Notes: generated by a model not told the origin, from the letters alone. A stretch of 63,851 nucleotides of DNA, filler included, from 6 parts of 6 records of this genome joined end to end with filler, not necessarily neighbours in it; one strand, 5' to 3'; shown: positions 27,337 to 39,462, counted from the first letter of the whole stretch. A program made the numbers and translations.

Positions 27337-29055
27337 GTGGAGTTATTGTCTGGCGCCGATATGCTGATCCGGTCCCTGCAAGATGAGGGGGTCGAATACA
27401 TATATGGCTATCCGGGTGGTGCAGCGTTGCATATTTATGACGCGCTGTTCAGGCAGGACAAAGTCAAGCACATTCTGGTGCGTCACGAGCAGGCTGCGGT
27501 CCACATGGCCGACGGTTATGCCCGTGCTACCGGATTACCGGGCACCGTTCTGGTGACCTCGGGTCCTGGAGCCACCAACACCATCACTGGCATTGCCACT
27601 GCCTTCATGGATTCCATCCCGATGGTGGTCCTGTGCGGTCAGGTTGCATCGACTCTGATTGGTGAAGATGCATTCCAGGAGACCGATATGATCGGTGTCT
27701 CCCGTCCCGTCGTGAAACACAACCTGAGTGTCCGTCATCCGGAAGAGATCCCCGAGATCGTTCGCAAGGCCTATTACATTGCCTCGACAGGTCGTCCCGG
27801 ACCGGTTGTTGTTGATATCCCGAAAGATATGACAACGCCAAACGAGCGCTACGAGTATGTCTTTCCCAAGAAGGTCAAGCTCCGTTCGTACAATCCGGCC
27901 ATTCGTGGCCACGCTGGGCAGATCAAGAAAGCCGTCGATATGCTCATGGCAGCCAAGCGTCCCATTATTTATGCGGGCGGCGGTGTCATCCTCGGCAAGG
28001 CCACGGATCAGCTGACCGAGTTGGTCAGGATGTTGGGTTATCCGATTACCAACACTCTGATGGGCATTGGGTGTTATCCGGCCTCCGATACTCAGCACAT
28101 CGGCTGGCTGGGTATGCATGGCACCTACGAATCAAACATGGCCATGCATCATTCGGATCTTATCCTCTGTGTGGGTGCGCGATTCGATGACCGGGTGACC
28201 AACGCGACAGAAAAATTCTGTCCCGGTGCCCGCATTGTCCATATCGATATCGACCCGGCCTCCATCTCCAAAACCATTGATGCGGATGTTCCCATTGTTG
28301 GCCCGGTGGATGCGGTGCTTAAGGAAATGATCACTCTCGTCAAAGAGAGCAAGGAAAAGCCTGACGCCGATGCAATTGCTGCCTGGTGGAAGCAGATTGA
28401 AGAGTGGCGGGCATTCCATGGCATGCGTTACGAGACCAGCCCGGATGTCATCAAGCCTCAGGAAGTGGTGGAGGCGCTCTGGAAGCTTACCAATGGTGAA
28501 GCCTTTGTGACCTCCGATGTGGGTCAGCACCAGATGTTTGCAGCCCAGTACTACAAGTTTGATAAGCCCAATCGCTGGATCAACTCCGGCGGCCTTGGCA
28601 CCATGGGCTTCGGCCTGCCAGCGGCTATGGGGGTCAAGTTGAACTTCCCCGATGACGAGGTGCTTTGCATTACCGGTGAAGGCAGTATCCAGATGAATAT
28701 CCAGGAGCTGTCGACCTGTAGTCAGTACGATATTCCAGTAAAGATCATCAATCTGAATAACCAGGCCCTTGGTATGGTCAAGCAGTGGCAGGACATGAAC
28801 TACGAGTCCCGTCACTCCCAGTCCTACATGGAGTCCCTGCCGGACTTCATCAAACTGGCAGAGGCCTATGGTCACGTTGGTGTCCGAATCGACCGAAAGG
28901 AAGATCTGGTGCCAAAGCTCAAAGAAGTGCTGGCGATGAAAGACCGGCTGGTTTTCGTTGATATCTACGTGGACCGTTTTGAACACGTCTACCCGATGCA
29001 GGTGGCCCGTGGTTCAATGAAGGACATGTGGCTCAGCAAGACGGAGAGGGTCTGA
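27337..29055 (+). CDS. ilvI: acetolactate synthase III large subunit
   Basis: [25 protein letters not shown] and TPP motif [11 protein letters not shown] start after GAGGG. Confidence 0.95.
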   Translation: MELLSGADMLIRSLQDEGVEYIYGYPGGAALHIYDALFRQDKVKHILVRHEQAAVHMADGYARATGLPGTVLVTSGPGATNTITGIATAFMDSIPMVVLCGQVASTLIGEDAFQETDMIGVSRPVVKHNLSVRHPEEIPEIVRKAYYIASTGRPGPVVVDIPKDMTTPNERYEYVFPKKVKLRSYNPAIRGHAGQIKKAVDMLMAAKRPIIYAGGGVILGKATDQLTELVRMLGYPITNTLMGIGCYPASDTQHIGWLGMHGTYESNMAMHHSDLILCVGARFDDRVTNATEKFCPGARIVHIDIDPASISKTIDADVPIVGPVDAVLKEMITLVKESKEKPDADAIAAWWKQIEEWRAFHGMRYETSPDVIKPQEVVEALWKLTNGEAFVTSDVGQHQMFAAQYYKFDKPNRWINSGGLGTMGFGLPAAMGVKLNFPDDEVLCITGEGSIQMNIQELSTCSQYDIPVKIINLNNQALGMVKQWQDMNYESRHSQSYMESLPDFIKLAEAYGHVGVRIDRKEDLVPKLKEVLAMKDRLVFVDIYVDRFEHVYPMQVARGSMKDMWLSKTERV

Positions 29056-29057
29056 TC

Positions 29058-29549
29058 ATGCGTCGAATCATTTCTGTTTTGCTTGAAAACGAGCCCGGTG
29101 CACTGTCCCGTGTTGTTGGTCTGTTCTCGCAGCGTAACTACAACATTGAAACGTTGACGGTGGCGCCGACCGAGGACGAAACCCTGTCGCGCCTGACGGT
29201 AACAACCACAGGCTCGGACAAAGTCATCGAGCAGATCACCAAGCAGCTCAACAAGCTGATTGAAGTGGTCAAGCTGGTGGATCTGACGGAGGGCTCCCAC
29301 ATCGAGCGTGAGCTGATGCTGGTCAAGCTCAAGGCCACCGGGTCCCAGCGTGCCGAGATCAAGCGTACGGTTGATATCTTCCGTGGCCAGATCGTGGATG
29401 TTACCAGCTCGGTCTATACCGTTCAGTTGGCCGGTGCCAGTGAAAAACTGGACGGCTTTATTCAGGCGGTGGGTACCTCGGGCGTGCTTGAGGTTGTTCG
29501 CAGCGGGGTTTCGGGCATCGCCCGTGGTGAAAAGGTATTAAGCCTGTAA
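29058..29549 (+). CDS. ilvH: acetolactate synthase small (ACT regulatory) subunit
   Basis: ENEPGALSRVVGLFSQRNYNIETL and KQLNKL motifs. Confidence 0.96.
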   Translation: MRRIISVLLENEPGALSRVVGLFSQRNYNIETLTVAPTEDETLSRLTVTTTGSDKVIEQITKQLNKLIEVVKLVDLTEGSHIERELMLVKLKATGSQRAEIKRTVDIFRGQIVDVTSSVYTVQLAGASEKLDGFIQAVGTSGVLEVVRSGVSGIARGEKVLSL

Positions 29550-29608
29550 CAGGCACTGACATCATTCTGTACAATGACGGCCCCCAAAAGGCCAATACAA
29601 TATTATAG

Positions 29609-30307
<699 letters not shown>

Positions 30308-30407
30308 NNNNNNNNNNNNNNNNNNNNNNNNNNNNNNNNNNNNNNNNNNNNTTAATTAATTAANNNNNNNNNNNNNNNNNNNNNNNNNNNNNNNNNNNNN
30401 NNNNNNN
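30308..30407. other. artificial contig linker
   Basis: 44 N + TTAATTAATTAA (stops in all six frames) + 44 N. Confidence 0.99.
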
Positions 30408-31751
30408 GGGCAATTTCCATGGGGCACGGTATTCGTAATGCAACATCTCGTTGGCGGCTTCGTCGTTGGTGAACCGCTCCGCCTTTGCATCCCAATCCAA
30501 TCGCTTGCCCAACGTTTGCGAAATGTTCGCTAGGTGACAAAACGTGGTGCTGCGATGACCGATCTCAATGTCAGCATGACAACGTTCACGCGACACCATG
30601 CAGTCCAAGAAGTTGCGAGCGTGATTGACTGTCAGCACATGATTGTTCGAAACCTCCGAACGTGTCTCTGGCTTGGCAAAGTCTTCTTGCTTCGAAAACT
30701 GGCCGCGTCGTTCAGGAAGGATCTCGTACTGACGCTCGGAAACGTATGCGGTTCCCTTGGTCCCGCGCAGCTCGATTTCGCCTGACGCGAGCGTTGGGTT
30801 CATGCTCGTTTCGTATTGTCCAAAAACCGCCAAGCGTCCCGATGCGAATTGGAACGTCACCTCCATCGTGTCCGGGATCGTGCGGTCGTCGTCGACGCCA
30901 AAGCGTCCACCCATCGCACAAACACTCGACGGTGCCTCTTCGCCCAGGCACCAGCGAATTGCGTCGAGGTAGTGCACTCCCCAGTTCCCCATTTGCGAAC
31001 TGTAATCCTGCCACCAACGAAATTTGTACGGAGCGATGTTGTCTTGATAGGGTTGCTCAGCACGCGGGCCCACCCACATGTCCCAGTTCAAATGCGCAGG
31101 CGGCTTGGACGTGGGAAGTTTGCCGATGCCAGCGGGAGCCATGTTGCTGAGTCGATAGGCACGTGAGACGCAGACTTTCCCCAGCAAATCGTCCTGCACC
31201 CGCCCGGCCAATTCGTGATACAGCGGGCTGCTGCGGCGATGCGTGCCGACTTGCGTGACCCGGTTGAACTTGCGAGCGGCGTTGACCATCGCTCGTCCTT
31301 CGACGATCGTCGCCGACAATGGCTTTTCGACGTAAACGTCCTTGCCCGCTTGGCAGGCCTCGATCATCTGCAAGGCGTGCCAATGATCGGGACTGGCGAT
31401 GACCACCGCATCCACGTCGGATCGTTCCAACAATTCGCGATAGTCCCCGGTTTGAAAGACGCTGCTCCCCGCCGTTTCACTGGCCTTTTTCGCGGCCGCC
31501 GCCATCGCATTGGAATCCACATCGCACACGGCGACGGGTTGGCAATCCTCGTGTTCGGCGAAGGCTTTCATCAATTGGCTGCCGCGGTTCGCGACTCCGA
31601 TGAATCCCAGACCAACGCGATCGTTGGCTCCCGCTGCCCGAGCACGTGACAAGGCCGTTCCGGCAGAGAGCACGAACGTGGTCGCGGCTGTTTTCTGGAA
31701 TCGACGCCGCGAAACCGACTGCGACGTGGGGGCGGAGTGGGACTTCGACAT
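30408..31751 (-). CDS. Tat-exported Gfo/Idh/MocA oxidoreductase (stop codon just beyond the contig end)
   Basis: SRRRFQK Tat motif; GFIGVANRG, ASPDHWH, YVEKP and NWGVHYLD; planctomycete-type C-terminus YEYRAPWKLP. Confidence 0.9.
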
Positions 31752-31990
31752 GATTTCCTCGCAGAACAACGAAAGGCGGGAGAACAGGGGGGGCAGACAT
31801 CTTACCCGGCCAAGGTGCACCAGTGTCGTATTTCGGCACCTGACACCAACCTAGTTTTGTGGGACGATGCCACCGGAGACCAACCTCACGAACAGGCACT
31901 TTGCTGGAATCGTATTGGTCGTTTCTCCGCAGACTTCGCACCATCTCATTGATTCCCTTCAATCGACTCGTTTCGACAAAAGGATTGCTC

Positions 31991-34138
31991 GTGACCATTC
32001 GTTTGCTTCAACCAACTTCTCGCCGATTTCCTCGGTGGAATCGCCTGCAGGGCTGCTTCGGAAATGCCCTGGCCGGTTTGCCCTCGCTCAGCATTCCTGC
32101 TGCGGGTTTGATCCTGATTGGCACCACATTGACGCCATCCTTTGTCTCAGCGGAGGCTCCCAGCAAAGCCAGCAAGCCGGAGGCCACCAAAGTTTCCGGC
32201 ATCGATCAGTCTCTGTTCAGCACCACCGTCGAACCGGGCCAAAATTTCTACCTTCACGCCAACGAAGAGTGGCTCGAGAACACACCAATTCCGTCGGACA
32301 AATCCAATTATGGAATCTTCACGGTTTTGGATGACGCAACGCGGACACAAGTCCGGACATTGATCGAGCAATCAGCCGAAGAGAAAGCCGAGAAGGGTAC
32401 TCCGGCTCAAAAAGTCGGCGATCTGTACCGTAGCGTACTGGATCTCGAAAAACGCAACTCGATGGGACTCAAACCCATCCAACCCGTTTTGGATGTCGTC
32501 GAAGGGTTGAATTCAAAGGACGAACTGGGTGCCACGATCGGACAACTGTCACGCGTGGGAGTGGATGCCCCCTTTGGTGCCTATGTCAGTGTCGATGCAA
32601 AGGCCAGCGACACCTACACGGTTTACTTGTCGCAATCCGGACTGACGCTCCCCGACCGAGACTATTACCTGGAAGACGACCCGCAATATGTTTCGGCTCG
32701 TGAAGCGTTGCAGGTCTATGTCAAAGACATGCTGAACGCTTTGTCGGTCGAATCCGCCAAGGAGTTGGCCGAACAAGTCGTCGCCATCGAAACGGAACTG
32801 GCAAAGAACCAGTGGACCAAGACCGAAAATCGTGATCCAGAAAAGACCTACAACAAGCTCACCTTGGGTGAAGTCGACGCAACCATCGAAGGCTTCAACG
32901 TTCCCGCGATGACCAAGGCGATCGGCTTAGCCGACCAAGACGCGTTTGTCGTGCGTCAGCCCAGTTACATGGAATCGCTCAGCGATATTTTCGCGAACCA
33001 CGATCTCGCGGCATGGAAGGCTTACTTTCAGTTTCACTCCATCGACGCTTACGCGTCGGTTTTGACCGAAGACCTGGAACGACGCCACTTCGAATTTCAC
33101 GACAAGACCATTTCGGGGATCGATGAGCAACAACCGATGTGGAAACGCGCGGTCGACTTGACCGGCAGCGTCTTGGGTGAAGTCGTCGGCCAGTTGTACG
33201 TCGAGAAGCACTTCGCTCCCGAGGCCAAGCGTCGCATGAACGAATTGGTCGAAAACCTCAAACGTGCCTTCGCTGAACGCATTGAATCTCGCGAATGGAT
33301 GAGTGAGGGAACCAAGAAGCAAGCCCTCACGAAGCTTGGCAAGTTCCACACCAAAATCGGATACCCCGATGAGTGGAAGGACTACACCAAACTCGAGATC
33401 ACCGATGAATCACCCGCGACCAATCTGATCGCAGCATCGATTTTCGAAACCGAACGTCAACTCGCCAAATTGGGTGGACCGATTGATCGCAATGAATGGC
33501 ACATGACGCCTCAGACGATCAACGCTTACTACAACCCGACGATGAACGAGATCGTTTTTCCGGCTGCGATCCTGCAACCACCGTTTTTCAACTTGGCCGC
33601 TGACGATGCGGTCAATTACGGCGGGATTGGTGCGGTCATCGGCCACGAACTTTCGCACGGCTTTGATGACAAAGGCAGCAAGTACGATGGCGACGGAAAC
33701 CTCGTGAACTGGTGGACGCCGAAAGATCGCGAAGAATTTGAGAAGCGAGCTTCGGGGTTGGTCGACCAATACAACGAGTTCAAACCGTTCGAAGACATGA
33801 ACGTCAACGGCGAACTGACGCTGGGTGAAAACATCGGCGACCTGGGCGGCTTGAGTGTCGCTTACGAAGCTTATCGTTTGTCACTCGAAGGCGAATCGGC
33901 CAAGGTCATCGACAATTTGACTGGCGATCAGCGATTCTTCCTCGGATGGGCCCAGATTTGGCGTCGTTTGTATCGGGAACCAGAACTGCGGAAACGTTTG
34001 ATCACCGATCCACACAGTCCCAGCGAGTACCGAGTCAACGGAATTGTCCGAAACATGGATGCTTGGTACACGGCATTTCGAATCGACGAAACCGATCCGC
34101 TGTACATCGCACCAGACGAACGCATTCGCATCTGGTAG
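31991..34138 (+). CDS. M13 (neprilysin/PepO-like) zinc metallopeptidase
   Basis: INAYY, FPAAILQPPF, HELSH, GENIGD and DPHSP motifs. GTG at 31991 follows AAGGA; start uncertain. Confidence 0.93.
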   Translation: MTIRLLQPTSRRFPRWNRLQGCFGNALAGLPSLSIPAAGLILIGTTLTPSFVSAEAPSKASKPEATKVSGIDQSLFSTTVEPGQNFYLHANEEWLENTPIPSDKSNYGIFTVLDDATRTQVRTLIEQSAEEKAEKGTPAQKVGDLYRSVLDLEKRNSMGLKPIQPVLDVVEGLNSKDELGATIGQLSRVGVDAPFGAYVSVDAKASDTYTVYLSQSGLTLPDRDYYLEDDPQYVSAREALQVYVKDMLNALSVESAKELAEQVVAIETELAKNQWTKTENRDPEKTYNKLTLGEVDATIEGFNVPAMTKAIGLADQDAFVVRQPSYMESLSDIFANHDLAAWKAYFQFHSIDAYASVLTEDLERRHFEFHDKTISGIDEQQPMWKRAVDLTGSVLGEVVGQLYVEKHFAPEAKRRMNELVENLKRAFAERIESREWMSEGTKKQALTKLGKFHTKIGYPDEWKDYTKLEITDESPATNLIAASIFETERQLAKLGGPIDRNEWHMTPQTINAYYNPTMNEIVFPAAILQPPFFNLAADDAVNYGGIGAVIGHELSHGFDDKGSKYDGDGNLVNWWTPKDREEFEKRASGLVDQYNEFKPFEDMNVNGELTLGENIGDLGGLSVAYEAYRLSLEGESAKVIDNLTGDQRFFLGWAQIWRRLYREPELRKRLITDPHSPSEYRVNGIVRNMDAWYTAFRIDETDPLYIAPDERIRIW

Positions 34139-34379
34139 AGAATTTGCCCCGCGGTTGGCTCGCACATGATCGTTGCGAGCCACCGCGTGAGGGTGGCGAA
34201 CCAGCCAGACTGCCACGTCCGCCCATCTTAACAATCCTTTTTAGCAATCGGCCTCCGATTCGCCACGGGGTGCTTGCCCCATGGGTGAGCTCTCGATTCA
34301 ACTCACCTTGACCAGTAAATTCCCGTGGGGATACCCTCTGCGGTTTGAATTGCAACCATTTTGTTTTTTGGACCCAACG

Positions 34380-36767
34380 ATGAGCAGCAGCCCGTTCGAG
34401 ATTTTTCGACGCAACCTTAAGCCACTGATGGTCTTGTTGACTTTGTTGGCATTGTTCGCGTTCGTCGTCTTGCCTGCGCTGGACACTTACCTGCGACGCG
34501 GAGGCGGATCCAATTCGGACCCGGTCGTCGCGGAATATGACGGCGTCACGCTGACTCAGAGCCGCGTTGCTCGCACGACCCAGCAACACCGTGCCGTCGT
34601 CGGGTTCTTGAGCGATTTAGGCCAAGAAACCATTCGTCGCGGCGGTGTGCCACAGGTCCCTGGTTTCCAATACGACCAAGAATCAGGCCAAATTCAATCG
34701 ATCGGCATCGATGCCAATCCGAGCAATGAAGCCACCATCAACACGATGCGGTTCTACAGCGAAGCCAAAAAGGCCGGCTTCGACCTCGACGATACGATGG
34801 TTCGCACCTGGCTCAGTCGTTACACCGATGGATTGCTCAGCGACAACGAAATCAGTTCGATGTTGATGCAATTCACCAGGAACCAAATGGGTCCCATCCA
34901 ACTGCACGAACATTTGCGAATGCATTTGTTGGCGGATTTGTACCAACGAAGTGCGATGGTTGGATTGATGAACGGTCGCCTGCCCGTTTCGACGCCACTG
35001 GCCCAATGGCGTAATTTCCTGAAAACCAACCAATCAGCAACCATCAACGCATACGGCGTTTTGGTCGAAGAGTACATCGATCAAACCAATGAAACGCCCT
35101 CCGCGTCACAAATCACTGAGGTCTATGAAGCCGGCAAAGACTTGTTGGCCTATCCAAACGACCAGGACCCAGAACCAAAATTCCGCCGCCCTGATTCGGC
35201 CAAGATCGAATACCTCGTTGCGGACTTGAATGAGTTCGTCGAACGCGAAAAATCGAAGTTGAGCGAAGAACAGATTCGCGCCGAATACGAGCGTCGATTG
35301 GCTGGTGGTGATTTCCAATTGCCCGTTGAAGAAGCGGAGGAAGCCGCCGACGAGCTCGAAGCGATGGAAACCGAAGCCGCTGCGGAAGAAAACGCCGAGC
35401 CCGCGGAAGAAGAAGCTCCCGCTGCCGAAACGGAAGAACCAGCCGCGGAAGAAATGACGGAGGAAGCCGCTGAAGCGGAAACAGAAACCGAGCCCGCTAG
35501 CGAAGAGACCAGCGAGCCATCAACTGAGGAAACGCCGGCTGAGGAAACTTCCACCGAAGAAACCTCCACAGAAGATTCTGCTTCCGAGGAAAACGCCGAA
35601 GAACCTGCGGCCGAAGACAGCTCGATGATTCGTTCTCGTGACGAAGCCGTTCAACTGGTCGCGTTGCAAGAAGACGACGATGCCGACAACGAAGCGGCTG
35701 ACGCGGAAGAAACCAACGCGGAAGCCGCAGACGATGACATGGAACTTGGTGACGGATTGGACCTGGGCGATGAACCAGCCGAAACCAAACCGCAACCATT
35801 CGAAGACGTGCGTGACCAAATCGCGACCGAAATGGTTTCCGAAACCGCCCGTCAGAAACTCGACCAAACCATCACTGAGGTATACGGTTTGATGCGAGAC
35901 TACTTCAGCGAGATGGCTGTTCACGAAGGCAATGTCGCCGTCGGTGTGTCAGATGAAAGCGACGCTCCCAAACGCCCCGACTTGAAAGCGATCGCGGATC
36001 AAAAAGGTTTGGGCTACGGCACAACCGGCTTGGTCAATCGTGTTTCCATCGGCGATGATCCGATCGGTGAATCCTACGGATTGGGACAATCACTTCAACG
36101 TCGTGGTGCACCTTACTACGCGATGATGTTTGGTGCCGCGATGCAAGATGGCTCGAGTATCCCATCTCAACCCGAGTTCTCACCTCAGCGTTCGGTCGAC
36201 TTGGAAAACGCTAAGAGCTACGTCTCCTGGAAGACTGAAGACATCGAAGCTTACACGCCAGAACTGGACGAAGTTCGCGACGAAGTCATCCTGGCGATCC
36301 GAACTCAAGAAGCTCGGAACTTGGCACAGAAAGCCGCGGAAGGCATCGCAGAAGCGGTTGGCCAAGGCAAGAAGCTTGCCGACGCGATTCCAAAGGGGAA
36401 AGAAGCCAACTTGCACACCGACTTGGGTCCATTCACTTGGCTCAACATGGTTGGCATGATGCAAACCTCCCTGGGCAACGTCCCAGAACTGAACGCGGTC
36501 GGAAACGAGTTCATGCAATCGGTGTTCAGCACTGAAGTGGGTAGCGTCAAAGTTGCCCCCAATGCACCACAGTCGGTTTACTACGTCGTGCAACCCATCG
36601 AATTCCAACCCGAAGTGGAACAGCTCCGTGAGCAATTCAGCCAGCCGCAACAGCGGTTCATGGCTCAGCTCATCGGTGACGACGGAGCGACCAACATCAT
36701 TCGCGGATTCTTCGAAACGGTGAATGAGCGAACCGGTTTCGAGATGAAAACCGGCGACGATCGCTGA
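34380..36767 (+). CDS. PpiD/SurA-N-like membrane-anchored periplasmic chaperone with an acidic insert
   Basis: N-terminal TM, VVAEYDG, KFRRPDSAKIEYL, PQPFEDVRDQI and ELDEVRDEV resemble PpiD scaffold motifs; Glu/Ala/Asp/Thr-rich central tract. Confidence 0.6.
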   Translation: MSSSPFEIFRRNLKPLMVLLTLLALFAFVVLPALDTYLRRGGGSNSDPVVAEYDGVTLTQSRVARTTQQHRAVVGFLSDLGQETIRRGGVPQVPGFQYDQESGQIQSIGIDANPSNEATINTMRFYSEAKKAGFDLDDTMVRTWLSRYTDGLLSDNEISSMLMQFTRNQMGPIQLHEHLRMHLLADLYQRSAMVGLMNGRLPVSTPLAQWRNFLKTNQSATINAYGVLVEEYIDQTNETPSASQITEVYEAGKDLLAYPNDQDPEPKFRRPDSAKIEYLVADLNEFVEREKSKLSEEQIRAEYERRLAGGDFQLPVEEAEEAADELEAMETEAAAEENAEPAEEEAPAAETEEPAAEEMTEEAAEAETETEPASEETSEPSTEETPAEETSTEETSTEDSASEENAEEPAAEDSSMIRSRDEAVQLVALQEDDDADNEAADAEETNAEAADDDMELGDGLDLGDEPAETKPQPFEDVRDQIATEMVSETARQKLDQTITEVYGLMRDYFSEMAVHEGNVAVGVSDESDAPKRPDLKAIADQKGLGYGTTGLVNRVSIGDDPIGESYGLGQSLQRRGAPYYAMMFGAAMQDGSSIPSQPEFSPQRSVDLENAKSYVSWKTEDIEAYTPELDEVRDEVILAIRTQEARNLAQKAAEGIAEAVGQGKKLADAIPKGKEANLHTDLGPFTWLNMVGMMQTSLGNVPELNAVGNEFMQSVFSTEVGSVKVAPNAPQSVYYVVQPIEFQPEVEQLREQFSQPQQRFMAQLIGDDGATNIIRGFFETVNERTGFEMKTGDDR

Positions 36768-36862
36768 ACCGGATTCTGACATCCAGTTCATCTGCCAACG
36801 CAGAACAGTCAAACGGACTGTTCTGCGATGAGGAACCAAGGCGACGCATCAAGAGCAACGCA

Positions 36863-39313
36863 TCACACGCGGTGCTGGCGAGCCAATCGATCACCGCGTC
36901 GATTGAACCATGCATACGCGAGTGCCCCCACGATCGCTGCGATGACGCCAACGGCAGCGAACGTTCCAATCCAACTGACGCCAATGGGGTCCGTTGAAGT
37001 TGGCGTTCGATCGGCCCAGCGTCCCGCGATCAGCAATGGTGCGAATTGCTTTCCACCGTGCGAAGCCATGAAGTCGGATTCGTAGCTCCACAAACGGTAG
37101 AAAAAGCCCTCCACTTGGACGGGCTTGGAAACGGTTCGTGACAGAGCGTTCTCGTCCGCGAGAAATGCCGGCAATTCGGCGGCCACCAATGTCACGGGAT
37201 ATCGATTTTCCATCATGACGGAACCGCCACCTTCCGTCGCAATTTTCAATTGCACGTTGCCAAGATCTCCTATCGCGTCGATTTGGTAGTAGTGATCGCT
37301 GCCTACCTGCTGGGCTCGCTCGTCCAGCTCCACTGAAACACGAGTCCAGCGAACGGTCTCGACATCGATTGTGATCCATTGCCCCATCCACTTCTCGGGC
37401 TCCTTCAACAGATCGGTTGGGCTGACTTCCACCGCTGCTGCTCGCATGGCCGCAGCGATCGGCCCGAGCGGTTCACTATCAGCGGAAATAGAACCAGCCT
37501 GATTGGCAGCACCAATCATCGAGAAGAAGACCTGTGAATCGACATCCATCAGGGGTCGCCGACTGAGTGCCACGATGTCCGGCAACCGAGTGATATCAAC
37601 ATCCAACTCACCGAGAACCTGCCAACCGAGCGATGCGGGTTGCTTGGGTCGCCAGCGTAGGTTTCCCGCGACCGCGATGGATGTGCCCTGATCATCGCCA
37701 TCGAGCAATGCCACTCCGACACCTGACAATTGGTCGCCGATCGCGACTTGCTTTGGCAATGGAGCGGCAATGACCCTGATCTGCATGCCATCATCATTCA
37801 CCAGTACCAACTGCACCAATTGACGCAAACTTAGGAACTCAATCAGTTCCTCGGGCACAGCCACGTACTGAAGCGATTCGATCTTTCCGTTGATCTCGAT
37901 CGCGTCGCCAACCGCCGCTGCTTCCCCGCTCAACCGCTGCGCAAGGGTGGCATCTGACAGACGCTTCAGACGAAACACGAGTTTGGCTTGTTCGTCTCTG
38001 GCCGCGTTGCCGTTACTTCCTACTCGCATTCGATCGCCGAGTCGCCGCAACCGCTCGACATCAAACCCTGACAACAAATCCAATAACGAAGCATCATTGG
38101 AAACGGCCCCCGTCTTCTCCTTTTGCTCAACCGTGTTCGTCTGTTGAGCGAAGACGACCGGATCGTTCATCGTCATGAACGAGAACCCCAACGTCAAACA
38201 TGCCAACATCGGAAGCGTGACATGCTCACGTTGACGTTTTGCTCGCAGACGCCGATGCGACACGGAAGAACGCCACATCACCAGACCTCCGATCGCGACG
38301 CCAATCAATGTCGATATCACGACGATCATCCCAAGTGAAAGGGAACGCTTTTGTGTCACCTTGGGCGTGCCCGATGCCTTTGCGCTTGCCGACTGCAGTG
38401 CGGCACCGACGATCGCATTGCCATTGGACCGCACCGCTTGCACATGACCGACCACGACGGGCGTGAGTTCCGCGCCATCGGCTGACTGATAGGACAGCCG
38501 CTTTAAGAATTCACCTTCGACCACGATCGTCGGCAACGGGGAAGCAATGTCGACCGAATCGGTGGACTCCAGATCGTCTACCGGTTCCGGCACCAATTCA
38601 CGAATGCCCCGTGGCAAGTGAGGAACGATGATCAACCATGGGCGCTGGCTTCCGTCTTCGGGCTGCAACCAGCAATCCCAGTAGCGATCGATCCCCCAAG
38701 GATTCGTGCTTGCTTGAACGGAAACGACTCGCACCAATTTCCCGGTCGCTCGAACCGTTCGGCCGCGATAGACATCCGGTTGCTGCAGCAAAGGCAACAA
38801 TCCCGTTTCGAGCACCGATTCAAACGGTGGCTCCGCCGACCAAGACTCGGGCGATCGGTGCAATGCCAACGTGGCGCACAGAGCCGGCTGATCCGCCGCC
38901 CGCCAGACCGTTCCGTCGTCCACCTGAGCGATGAGCGACTCCTGTTCCATTCGGGTGGGAGTACGTTGAGCTTTCTCGAGCGTTTGATCTTCTGACAGGA
39001 TCTGCTCCGCAACTGCAGCTTGAACAGTTTCCCACTCCGATCGCAACTGATCCCCGGACAATTCGCCGACGATAGGCTCATTCGAGACGGGTTCCGACGT
39101 CGATTGCGATGCGGGCTCGGATTGGACCGGGACCATCGTTTCAGGAAAGAAAATCGCGTACACCCCAGGACGCGCCGCTTGCCTCATCACCATCAGAACC
39201 AGTGCTAACACCAGCATCAACCGAAACAGCCGCCGGTAAGTTTGGGTGGGAGTACCACCACGCCCGCGTCGACGGTAGAGATTGTCGCGATTGATTTCGT
39301 TCGGGATACGCAT
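36863..39313 (-). CDS. hypothetical membrane protein with two internally repeated beta-rich (OB-like) domains
   Basis: Long ORF with about four hydrophobic segments and two similar domains. Start taken at ATG 39313 to avoid overlap with the divergent gene. Confidence 0.7.
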   Translation of the reverse strand: MRIPNEINRDNLYRRRGRGGTPTQTYRRLFRLMLVLALVLMVMRQAARPGVYAIFFPETMVPVQSEPASQSTSEPVSNEPIVGELSGDQLRSEWETVQAAVAEQILSEDQTLEKAQRTPTRMEQESLIAQVDDGTVWRAADQPALCATLALHRSPESWSAEPPFESVLETGLLPLLQQPDVYRGRTVRATGKLVRVVSVQASTNPWGIDRYWDCWLQPEDGSQRPWLIIVPHLPRGIRELVPEPVDDLESTDSVDIASPLPTIVVEGEFLKRLSYQSADGAELTPVVVGHVQAVRSNGNAIVGAALQSASAKASGTPKVTQKRSLSLGMIVVISTLIGVAIGGLVMWRSSVSHRRLRAKRQREHVTLPMLACLTLGFSFMTMNDPVVFAQQTNTVEQKEKTGAVSNDASLLDLLSGFDVERLRRLGDRMRVGSNGNAARDEQAKLVFRLKRLSDATLAQRLSGEAAAVGDAIEINGKIESLQYVAVPEELIEFLSLRQLVQLVLVNDDGMQIRVIAAPLPKQVAIGDQLSGVGVALLDGDDQGTSIAVAGNLRWRPKQPASLGWQVLGELDVDITRLPDIVALSRRPLMDVDSQVFFSMIGAANQAGSISADSEPLGPIAAAMRAAAVEVSPTDLLKEPEKWMGQWITIDVETVRWTRVSVELDERAQQVGSDHYYQIDAIGDLGNVQLKIATEGGGSVMMENRYPVTLVAAELPAFLADENALSRTVSKPVQVEGFFYRLWSYESDFMASHGGKQFAPLLIAGRWADRTPTSTDPIGVSWIGTFAAVGVIAAIVGALAYAWFNRRGDRLARQHRV

Positions 39314-39462
39314 GGTCACGCGTTGGATTCGTGGACACATCGGCCGCAAAAGGTTGCTACCGGTACTTCCGCACTTTAATCTAGTCCTTTGCGATGCAAC
39401 ACAACCGCACGGGTCGCGGCAACACCATCCGAAGCTCTTCTCCCACCTCGTCTGCACCCACT

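Noticed and set aside
30352..30363. TTAATTAATTAA recurring five times, and ORFs ending in X...LIN
   Set aside because: Artificial six-frame-stop linker inside N padding; not a biological repeat or CRISPR element.
30408..31751. Tat-exported Gfo/Idh/MocA protein as a novelty
   Set aside because: This family is heavily expanded and routine in planctomycetes.
35325..35790. GAAGAA-rich quasi-tandem repeats resembling an array
   Set aside because: In-frame low-complexity coding for the acidic tract; no constant repeat-spacer structure.
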